A stretch of 62,608 bases of DNA, from positions 1 through 62,608 of the forward strand of contig RBZT01000508.1 of the NCBI GenBank assembly GCA_003693705.1, read 5' to 3'. Positions 37,501-49,559 of this stretch are shown one piece after another; the stretch's first letter is position 1; each line of letters begins with the position of its first letter. This DNA is from Polymyxa betae A26-41 (Eukaryota; Protista; Endomyxa: Phytomyxea). The position numbers and the translations under genes were made by a program. A model generated the notes under the pieces. That model was given only the letters and a program-made list of their open reading frames with translations, had not been told where the DNA came from and did not search any database.

Positions 37501-40500
37501 CTGTTTATGACCGAGCTATTGCGGTTAAAGCAAACATACCGAACCAGTCAACTACGCACCGGTTGAACAGCGCCGGCGAGGTATTCGAACGATTGAAGAA
37601 ATCGTCGTTTGCAGGATTCATTGTGAATATGATGTGAACGTTTCGCTGAGCACGTTGGCGAAACCAGGCGTAGACGACGTCATCATTATCGCAGGTTCGA
37701 ATAGACTAACTTTGGATCAGAACGTTACGAAACACTGTAGAGCTAAATTTACGGGATCATCGACCTGCGAAATTACTCGACGACAGCATTGCATCAGAGA
37801 TGCAAAATCGGCACCTTCGAACAAACCTGGTATCTGCACGCACAGTTCAAAACAATACAGCGAAGTTAGATATCAGATAAACAAGGCGCAAATTGGACAA
37901 ATCAAAAGTTGTCGAAAAAATGCACCTCGCCACACGTAAGCAGTTCGTTTAGCAGTTCAAGAAAGCCGGATTCGACAGCGTTCGATTCGTCAAAAACGAA
38001 GACGACGGGCGCCGATACAGCAGCCAACATGAGGCGACGAAGATCTCCAATAAACTCGTTAATCGAGTATCCGCGATGCAGCTTGATTTGTACAATATTC
38101 ATGTTCAGCAACCAGCTTACGAATCGTGTCAGAAGGGTTTCTAAATTGCTTCGTTAGAGATTGCCAGGCTTGAGAATGGTTTTGTACGTACTTCCTGCCC
38201 CACTTGTACCGCAAAGAAGCAAATGTCCAAACGGCTGCGATAATACACGACCGATTCGTAACAGGTGTTCAATAAGGGAATCAAATCTGTTTGCAAGCAG
38301 CTCGAATCCCATTCAATGAGATTATGGTATCTTACAGGACAATATTGACATCGACCACTTCCTCACGGAAAGCAGGGAGGCGGTCTCTAACAAATTCGCA
38401 AAAAGATTCCATAGAAACTGGTTCATAGACGCCAGTGCAAAGCGAAGAAAACAAGACGGGTCGTTGCAAGCAAACTTTCAATGATTCCTAAGATAGTAGT
38501 GAGAATGTGCAAAGACCGATCCCAAAATATTACCTGATCGAGATCGAAGTTATCGACTACTGATTTATCAAGTACATCGAGCATCCAGTTAACAGATTCA
38601 GAATCCACCAGTCGATCGGCGAAGATGCGATGACCTTATAAACAGTTAAGACAATGACAGCAAAATCAAATAAACGACGTAACCCTCATGTAACCAAAGA
38701 CGAACAAATTCCGGCCAGGTAAGAAGTTCATTTCGATTATAGGATTGCAGTGCAATGTGCAAGGCGCGAACCCATCGTGTTAGATCTCGTGGTGAATACT
38801 GTGTCAGGAAACAATAAGGGACTGCAGTTCTGCCAGATTAATATCCGATGAGCAAACATACCACATAGTGTCGATATTGGAAGGCCAACGGTGAAAACTT
38901 TCTACAGGCAGCAGTAAAGACTTCAATCATAGCTCGAGTTAAAGCCAAATGTTGAGGAATCAATCCAGGGCGTTCTCGCAAAATCGCCTACAGCTTTGTT
39001 GAGCAAGAACAGTTAAAGAGCCCAGCGAGGAAATTCAGACGCGATTAAAGCAGGAATAAATGTGAAGAAGTGAGCCAGGGTCGGGCATGTCAATGAACAG
39101 GATGGGGGTATGACGTAGTAAGCGAGGCGACATTGCCTGACGAGATGCGTCTTGAGGTGGATTACAGGCACCAATCACGACGATGTTACAAAGTCGAACG
39201 TAGTGTCTTTCGTCGCAGTCCCAGAACGCACCTGCACTGGATTGGCATGACAGATGGACACACTGAAGTTCTAATACCGTGCTCGATTATCGATCGCAGC
39301 AATGATAGGGTCGGTTGGGAGCCGACCTCGTCCAGGGCAGGCAGGTTGATTTCGTCGCAGAAAACGATCAGTTTCGAGACTGTTGCAGGACTCGGGTGAA
39401 GTTCCACCTACGAACAACATGAAACATGGAGCAAGTGTGGGCAAGTAAGGAATAAAATTACCTGATTGATGCCGTCCTTAATCAACTTTCTCATCGAACA
39501 ATGCTGCTTTAGGGCCTTTATCACTAAACTGGGTGTCGTGACACTTGAGAATGACAGCATCACACAAGAATAAGATGACCCAGCATCCTCGGAAAGCAGT
39601 GATTTCATCAGCATGGATTTTCCGGAGCCAGGCGGGCCACACTATGTGATGTCAACATGACGCCGATAAATAAACATGAAATAACCATAATGAAAGACCG
39701 GTTGGCTTCAATCATCGAATAGCAGAATAAACGATACTGGATCGTCTGAGAGCTATCAATGAAACATTCCGATGATAAGACATCCTCTGGAGACAGAGAA
39801 GGTGGGTTCACCTAACGTGCTTGTAAGTGACGAGTTAGAAGTTATGAAGAGAGCCGACCTCAAACAGCTGCCAAATCCCAGTTGATTTACAAAGATCGGA
39901 ATGTAGCACCTCAGTGGGGACTTTGGGCCAATGATCTCGCTGAGATAAATCAAAACAAAGTTAAGAGCATGAAGGGAGGAGCTCACCAAACAAAAACTGA
40001 GGTCGTGAGAGTGGATGTGGTTGATGAAGTCAATTTGGGCGGAATAACCCAGATCACAAGTGGCTGCCCATATTAACGACTGAATCAAAACGCGAATATG
40101 AAACCGGTTAACGAGTAAATCATCCTGGAGTTATGAGCGTTACAAAGAGATCGCCCAGATCTTCAAGACCATTTCAACCTTTGAAAGAAAACCGTAACAG
40201 CGACGTTGAACAAGCGAGATAAATGTGATTAAGATCCGCTGCGAGCAAGCACCCATGATACCAAGATGGCCGTTAGCGTGGCGCCATGTTAAAGCGGTCA
40301 ATACCAATTGGGTATGTTGAAGCAATAAAGATACCAATTTATCGCTTGATATGCTCTGTTGTGGACAATTGTTACTTTGTTGGCAATATGATCGAAAATG
40401 AGGATTACTGTCGCAATGAGATGACGATAAACCACTTCCTCCGATACCAAGCTCTTATCAAAATAGACCATTCCACAACGACTGATTGACGCCGGTGTCG

Positions 40501-43500
40501 CAGGTGTCAAGTCAGAGACTTCGAACACGATTCGCACCGAATCTGGTAATTCCAATCGCTCTCCTAAACAAAGTATTGATCAACGATGGAATAAACTTTA
40601 TCGCATTCATACCGTTCGGAAGACAAAGCTTCTTCGTATCATCAAGTAAAGAATTCAGGTTTTCCGCCCATTTTGGATCAATGTCGCCATCAAAAACGAT
40701 CCAATGACGATCTGATTTACTAGCGCTACTGCAAATCTGTCGTAGTAAAGAAGTGAAAACGCCTGAAAGCAGATGAATTCTGAGCTTATATCACAAGATG
40801 AAGATTACCATCAGTCCAGGCAAGAGTGATCGGATCTACATAGCCAAATAATTGAGTTTTCGTGACTGCTTTAGGTGCAATCACATGCAGATTCACATTG
40901 ACATCAGGTAGTGTTAGACGTTGTGTATCCAATAAAGAACGTAAACAGGTCGATTTGCCAGAACCAGCATCCCCGACAAGAATCAGTCCATGTCGACAAG
41001 CTTGCAACGATTCACTGAAAACTATGGTTATCGATTGCTTTTTACACACATTATGATTACAGTTGGTTGAGCTTCTCAAGCCAGGCTGGCGTCATTGTCA
41101 GTTGTAGATGTTCGGCGACAGCTGCAATGGAGTCGGGCACAAATTCAGAGCGGATTCCTTTTGTGGGTTAATTTCAGTAAAGGTTAAAATAGTATTGGTT
41201 ATTGTACCACTTAGATTAGCAACATCAGGGAAGACCGAGCGCAGCAACAGCATGAATAAGGGAACATCAGGCGCGATTAGACGAGGCATCACACTGGTAA
41301 GTAGAGTGTCGACTATAACTTGCCATTCTTCACCGCACGAACCATTTCGCAGGACATGACCCGCTGATCGTAAGATACTCTTCAATGATCGCAAACCGAA
41401 ATCGTAATGAATCTACAGATAGTTCGATAAAGAAAAATGGATACTGACACGACATACTTGTGAAGAGAGACGGTTTCTACACAACGATAGAAGCTCAACC
41501 ACACAGGAGGCGATCCTTTCCGATTGAGTGAATCCTTGTGAGTAGAGCGTCACCTGAAATATATCAAATGCTGAGATCATTATGGTATTCAGGCTACCTT
41601 GGCAATGCAAATGCTTTCGGGCTGTGCCATTGGAACAGAGCGGAATAAATGCTGAAGGTTATCAGGAAGCGCATTTCGCCCAGCCTAAAAATTATGATTT
41701 TCATGAAAAGGAGGCAGCAGGTACCATACATAAGTTGGATTTAAAGTCATGAACAAACCCAGATGATGATTAAGAGGAATGGAATTCTCTTTCTGGTGTG
41801 CTGTAAAGACGACATAATTCGAACGCTGACGAAGAGCACATTGTATCGTGTATATCTGCTGCGAAAGCGAAGACAACGTGTTTTTTGTCAAGCTAAACCT
41901 GTTCATTGACGGTGGAGAAACCAAGAGACAAGCGCATACCGATTAAATTCGTCAAAGCAACCCCAGGCTCCCGACATGCAGAGTCCAGCCAGGATCCGTT
42001 CCATGGCAACGATATCGAAGTTCTCGTCGCAATTGAAAACAATAACATGCCGACCAAATAAGCCGCCCAGAGCTTTAACCTAAATGGGATTTTTAGCAGC
42101 TACGAGTAAGTAGATTCAGGCATGATACGGTTTCTGTTTTTCCGGTTCCTGAACAATGACTTTAGTTCCTTACAACAAGGAAATATAGAAGCGATACCTG
42201 CAGGCCCATATGGAGCACCTCCAAAACCATAATGCAATGCATGAATAAGAGCGGTGAATGTATTCAAAGTCAAATCAGTGTAGACCAGCAGTTCAGGGAC
42301 GCCGATATATTCAAATCCGTGATGAATGCTGATTCCAGCCATTCGCATCTCCAGCACGGCAGGAGTGGACCGAGATGTGATATAAGATCGAAATGACGAT
42401 TGCCAAGTCCAACACGATGTAGAAACTGATCTAGAGTTAATTACGCTGACATTACGTTTTCCTGTCTACCTTCATGAGAGTTAATGAGCTGATTAACTAC
42501 ATCTCGTTGGTGCAACAACTCGTTCAGCAGGGCTTCGGCGTTCAGGAAACCGATGCCGGCAACGTTAGATGTGACAAATGCAATCGTCAGCGACAGCTGC
42601 ACCATTACAGATTGCAAATCGGACATCTCAAAAGCGCGCTCGACCGCGCTTGTCCAGCAAACCTGCTCTTAATCAGCAGCAATTGAGAGCATATGGGGTC
42701 GTACTCGGGCAGCCAGAAGCTGTATTTGGATGGGGAATCTTGAGATCCAACACCTCATATCCGATAGATTGCTGGGGAACGAACTGATAGCTCGAATCTG
42801 CGTTTTCTATAAGCATTGTGGAACAGTGATAGGCGAACACAAGTTACCAGCATCGACGCCAATGTCTGCCGCATCTGATTCTCAACTTCTGCTAGCCACG
42901 ATTGCAATCTTGTTTGATTCGATGCGATCAAAACCGGGTCCTCGAATAGGACCGTTTCGCCGGATTTCGATGACATCCCAGTTATTGAACAATCACCGCC
43001 CTCCTGCTCCTAAACGATGGAATTGAGCATCCTTTTGGTCTCCATTGGGCCGAGTCACATGAATTATAAGCGTAGCGATTCCAGCGAAAAGTTTTGAGAG
43101 GAACGGAGCACAGTGGGTCGGAGATGAGGGGTTTGCGAGCATTTCTAGTAAGTCTTCATCACCTGTTCCAAATCAATAAGCTGTCGCCAGACACAATCTT
43201 CGGCCCTTTTTCGTGTTGAAATTAGTAGTTGCCATAACCAAAAGATAGAGATCAAGCCACTGCAACAAAAGGCAAAGCGAATTAAAAGGAAACGAGTTGG
43301 AGACGTAAACTCAGTACCGATGAAGAAGAGACGTGGAAAATCGGCACGTTGTCGCTGTAAGAACTCGCCCAGACCTGCTTGAACTTGATCGATTCGTGAA
43401 ACGATCGATGCTAATTTTGGGGAGATTTGAGCAGCATAAGAACCGACCCGCAACAAACTGTAACCAGATCCGTCGTTTTGAGCATCAGCAAGCAATCGTC

Positions 43501-46500
43501 GATAATCAGAGTCAAGGTTGCTAAATTGCCGATAATGATTGCTGCCTAAGTCCATAAGAGCATTGTTTCCTCCTTTCAGCGATCCTGATAATGAAAGCCA
43601 TCGTTTTTGAACGTCATTCCAAACCTACACGGCCTATAAGAAAAACAACTGCGATGCAACCATGGTTGACCTCGGTACCTCTAAAATGTCGTTGATAGCG
43701 CCGAGACAAGTAACTCGCTGCTCTATCAAATCAGCAACGCAGCTTGCATAAGGCGATGAACGCATCGAAGTTAGGGTGGAGGCCTGATCTGAAACGACAG
43801 AGAAAATTATCGCCCAGTTGCAGATTACATCGCCACTGAATTGAAATCGCAGATCTCGCAGTTCATTTTCCATTTCTTCAAGGCATCGCATCTGGTAGCG
43901 CTCTGTTCAACAATAAACAAGAACGGAACCATATGATTACCAAAGCATTCTCCCCCTACAGAAATAATGTCAAAATAATGGGATGCGCGACACCAACGTA
44001 AAATCAAACGAAACGAAACAATCAGAAATGCGATTCAAAAGTGACCTGGGCTTGTTCGACAATGGAATGAATTTGGTCTCGAATCTTCAATAAATGACCA
44101 CCACAAGACCACACATCAGCAACACTTAGCTCTGACCAGACGGTGACATTTGCTGTGTCACCGAACAACAAGGCGACTATTTGTTTGTGATGAACAGATC
44201 GCAAACCCGACGCATGAAGAGCCACGACAATGCTGTTTATCGACAGCAAAAACTCTACACGCTTGAACAAGACAGTATGCGCATCGTAAAGCCGGATTGC
44301 ATTTGGCATTGCCATTAATGTCGTTTGTAGTTGTGTTAACGCAGAACGAATCGTCGATTGCCCTACAATAGTACATTAGCAATTGACTGCATCAAGATGC
44401 CAAATACCAGAATGAGCGAGCTTCAGTTGCCCAAGGTCGTGTAAAACGGAACAGACTGGCGAAAGCTTGGACCAGAGAGATCTTAGATCACATATGTCAC
44501 TGTCAAGAGCTTCAAACATCTTTTCGCAATCGTAAATATCAAGAAGAGAAGACGAGGCCTGAAAAATGTCAGGCTGAAGACAGCAGAATTGGACAAATAG
44601 TGACCTCGGCCTCAGCTTCATGAGCGTTTTCAGAGCTGGCTTCAGAGATGAACTGAAGAGCATGGGTAACAGAAACTGCTTGTTGACGTAGATTAGAAGA
44701 TCGCTTATAAAAAAGATCCAATAAGAAAACGGCTTGGTCAGCTTGACATTGACCATCAACGGGGCGTTTTTGTTGCCATTCGTCGTTAAGTTGATGGGTG
44801 GCGGCTGCACAAAATGGCATGAAAATGGGATTAAAAAGGTGCTAGCAGCTAACCAATGAGAGCATGGCGCTCAGAGTTGAGATTTACATCGATAAGGTGA
44901 TAAACGTTTCGCAATTGCTGAAGACGTATTTGAAATATCTGTCCAACAGCGTCATTAGTGGATTCAATCGTTTGAATAGATGGCGGCATGTCCGAAGAAG
45001 TTAGAAATCTCGAACAAGAAATTATCAAATTAACGCGTTCTCCCCAAGTTGATAAGTGTTTCTGGACAGAGCGCAGCAGATCGAGCGAGATACATAGCTC
45101 GGGGACGGGGACGGAATGTAGCCGTGATGTCATCGCCTCTAATCGGGAACGAGTTGTCGAAAGAATCTCATAAACCACACGCTTCTCTTGAGAAACCAGC
45201 GTGTTTAAATGCAATGTAATCTGGCGATTGATGGAAGATATTCGGTCCTGAACAAGCAGAATCACAAAAAGCACACACACAGAATAGGATGTCCGACTTC
45301 GATAAGAGGGTGAATGTTCTGAGAAATTATTGTGATGGCGCCGATATGATAGTCGCACCGATCAGATAAAAATCGATCGCGATCTGAGCATAGCGAATTT
45401 AACATCGAGCGACAGCTGTGAATATCAGGGATTTTCAGTATGACATCCTTCTCATCGATGTCTAAAAAACTTTGAAACTTCATAATTTCAGATAAGTAAT
45501 CACTGGAAGATTTCAACCAGCCGCTAAAACTTGCCAAACAAGAAATGATAGGATTTAAGTCATCAACAGCGGCATGAGAATTTAACATTGGACTCGGAGC
45601 GTGCAACTTCGATAAACTAACAAACGGCCAAATGAACGCTTCTAGCTGTTGCATCCTAACAGCCAGCTCAAGGATGATTCGACGAAAAAGAGCAACGCTT
45701 ACAGCAAAAGACGCGCTTCATGAAGAGATGGACTGAAAGTCAAGACGTTATTGCTTATCTCAACTTGGATCGTAATAGTGGGGCGATTGCGCGCTTCAGT
45801 AAGCCACTTTTGAATTAAAATCGCAAAACGCTCGCGAAGTTGATTCTGAACAATATGATTGATACGGGCTAGCCATTTGCCACAGTTGACATGATCCGGA
45901 TGTTGGATAACAGAGTGAACATGAACCTGAATGTCTTTCATAAGCTGGGAAACGGTGTCCCCATTGCATTCGGCAATCGAGCGACATAAAGAGCCGATAG
46001 CGGACTCGGCGATGGAAACAACCTCGTATGATGATTGAAGAGAAGCGACAGCATCCGCAACGCAATCGATCGCTTCTTTAAGACGAGAATCGCTGGTTCC
46101 CCAACGTAAAGTTGTTAGATTCCGGATAGCAGTTTGTGATTTAAGTTTAAGTTCGGATAGGACCAGTGAAGGACCGGAATCGTTGCTCATTCGTGTTATC
46201 GAACAAAGGTAGGCATGGAGGATATCGTTCAAGCGCACAGCAAACGGCTGTTTCGATTTAGCTTCGCTGCATCGAACACGGATATCGTAAGGAATGCGAA
46301 GCTCAAGGGCAGACAGAGCCCGGGCCTCTTTCAGCAAAGCGGATAAGGCATTGCTGAAATTAACGTCTGGAATCAGACGTTTACGGGCAGCTGGAATACG
46401 TAATAGAGCGTCGTCAAGCGAGAACAACACGGACGATGATACTGATTTCCAGTTCTCCAGCTCAGCATCCCCATGCCTGTGCAAGCGCTGCCAGAAGTTA

Positions 46501-48733
46501 AAACACAATGAAAAATGATCCAATTTTATGAACGGTACCTGCCTGAAAGCATCACAATCATGCTTCAGAGCAATACCATCAACATGATGCGTCCAACGAG
46601 GGCCAAGAACGCTGCTGATTCGTTCAAGCCAAAGGTCCATGTTTCGCTCAATACCGCGGCTGTAGATACGTCAACACAGATTGAAATAGAATGAAGGAAG
46701 TCATACACCCAAAGCAGAATGCCAGTAATCGTAGGGACATTTCTTGCACGACACGACCTGGCCATCTTGCCGCTATAAAATCCAAGATCATAGCGTTCCT
46801 GCAGAGATTGCAGTGCTTGACGAGCACATGATAATAAGCATTCCTGATAAGGAACAAGAGCTGTTTGAATTTGGGGTCGAGCTAGAAGTCCTTTGAAACG
46901 AGAGCAAACAGCAAACATGACGTCAGTATCATTAGACGCCTTGTCCAGCTCTGAACGGATTCGCTGTTCCAGTTCCGATTCCAAATTTTCGATTCGTTTC
47001 GAGTACTGGGTTGCGCAAGTGGTATATGCAACTGATTCTAAATCGAGAACATTGACGCCGCGAAATGTCTGCAATGATGATTCCAAGTCAATGCAGTAAT
47101 CAGGGAATGTATCCCGTAAGATGGTCCACAAATCATGATGCGATTTGCGAAGAGTGTGGATCTCAGCCACGCGAACGTTGAATTCGGTTAAGTGTTTGTC
47201 GTCGTATTTAAGCGTGTCGCTAAGCGCCAGTAAGGTTTCACTTCGCTATAACAAAGGCTGAGAAATACGGACCAGCATATTGTTCTGTTACCTGCTGCCT
47301 TGAGCAAGATTGCAATCTGAATTCGCGAATATCGTCGCGAAATGAAGCTCCTTCGGCAAGCCACAGAGTTATGGCGCTCTGAACAGATGATGTCACAGCT
47401 TTAAAATTATCAAAAGAAAGATTGAATAGATGAGTCCCATCAGCCTACAAACAATTCAGAATCTTATCATTTCGTTGAGAAATACCGAACCAAAGTTTGC
47501 AATCGAGCAGCTGTATCCCGGCATAATGTCTGTATAAGTTGCAATGCTCGAGAAATCGGGTAGTCGATACGCTTCACCATCCGCAAATGTACGAATACCT
47601 TACTGATTGCATGGCATAAATCGCTGATATTAGTTGCATAGGTTAAAGTCTTGATCGGGAGCTCTTGTAAAAACTCACAGTAAGCTGCAAAACATTGTCA
47701 GCATGTAACAAATATATATACGATATTGAACATGCACGTTTTTTTGAAGAATAATTACGCGAGCTTATTCGTACCTGTAGTCTTAGCCTTCAAATCGCTG
47801 AATCCGGATTCATTGTGAAATCCCGTTACAACAAACAATCGACGTTTCTCTTGCAGTATTCCCAGCGTTAACTGGACAACATTTGACAGCAGCTGTTGAT
47901 GGATGAGTTCCACAGCAGTAGCTACTGATGCCCAAAAAGAAATCTCGTCTGCCACAGTTCCAAGGCGAGGATCCCGATCTAGCAAAGCAAACTCTTTAAA
48001 TTTCTGCCGCCACTGTGTCACTTTTTTCTGCAAAGCATTCAGGATACGGTCATCGTCGCCAACAGCGGAACAAATTTCTTGAAGAGTGGACTTAGGGCTG
48101 GAATGTAGGTAATTGCAAACCCATTCTGGAAGCTCAAGCGTCGTTGTGGGAATCTTGACGGTAACAGAAGTCCTATTTGTGTCAAATGTTAACATCAGCT
48201 GAAAAACACGATTGTAAACAGAGCAATGGTCAACCTGTTGAGGTCGGATTCTAATTCGGCTAACTTGGCTGAGAAATCAGTCAAGGAGGTGGCCTGATGC
48301 TTCATCAATATGATATGTGCCTTCAATTGATTCGCGATCGGGGTTTTAGACTGGATTGGATAAGCTGCGATCTGATATTGTAGGCCCTCCATGTTCTCTT
48401 CCAGAGGATCATTGTCGATCCGGTAAAAGGCGATGCGTTTATGATTGTCATCCTACACAGATATCTTTGAAAACGATTCCAGAAACCCATAAATTTATCG
48501 ACCGGTTCTGAGGCATTTTGAAACGGAATCGTAGCGGAAAGGGTAGGAATTCGACCTTCACAGGCCGGATGAACAGCAACGATCAGCAGCGACCCATTGC
48601 TGTGTGCTTTACTAAATGCATGGACAGCCGCAATGCTGTCTGGATTCCAGTTGGAAGGACCGACTTCTACGCCAGCGAAACATGATGTGAGACGAGATAG
48701 ATAGGAAATGATGGCATCATGATCCGTAGCCAT
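31531..48733 (-). CDS. DYNC1H1: Cytoplasmic dynein heavy chain 1-like (divergent, many introns)
   Basis: [17 protein letters not shown]; [17 protein letters not shown]; P-loops [26 protein letters not shown] and GTSGAGKT; WGCFDEFNR; [19 protein letters not shown]; FCDEINLP; NPPAAVK; C-terminal RGVALI. Confidence 0.92.
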
Positions 48734-49559
48734 CTTAAATGATGAGGGTACTGGATCCACAACGTTACCCAAAACAAAAAAGCCCGCCTGCATGGTCCAG
48801 GGGCTACACAGTCTTTACTCCTACAATATGAAGATTCATTCAACTGGAAACTCATCTCTATGTCAGCGCGCTTCTAGTAGCACTTTCAGCAATAGAGAAA
48901 TGAATATTGAGCTTAAGCATTAGTGTCCTAGGCTTTACACTGGACCGGAACATGATTTGATGCAAGCTTTAATTGGTTGCGTCGCATTAAGGCTAGACTA
49001 TGCAACTTGCGATCTAGCCTCCGCTTACAATACAATTCTGATCAATTTCTGATTTTGTTGGCTGAGAAGTGGCCAACCTGAATCAATGTTAGTAAGTCTC
49101 CAAGTGATTGTATTGTTATAATATCTACTCTAACTGTGCCCCACAGTTATACTGCGAATTCGATGACAGTGGTCATTCTCTTATCTGTATATAGTTCTTA
49201 TAAGTATAGCCCAATAGGAAACACATTCCTTCAATTCAAGCTTCATTGTTGACAAGGGGGTTGGGTCGTCCAACACAGAACCAATCGTTTAGTCAGTAGC
49301 TGCTACTAAACAAAATCGGAGCTAGACAGCTTATTGAATCCGCCAACATTTTTTCAGTGGCCGATTCATGATTGCTGTCTTTTATAAACCAAGTCACTGC
49401 TTGGATTGAATGATCCGAAGCTGTAAATGCAACAAACCATATCATAACCTACCAGTGACATCAGCATGCTCAAAATCTGTTTTCTGGGGATCCCAACATG
49501 CACTGAATCGTATATCGCAGTCCACTGACTCAGATACATCTTATGAAAGAGCAGTTGCT

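Noticed and set aside
31531-48733. Dynein as a fragmented pseudogene or a sign of an alternative genetic code
   Set aside because: The breaks I checked resolve as canonical GT-AG introns that restore conserved motifs.
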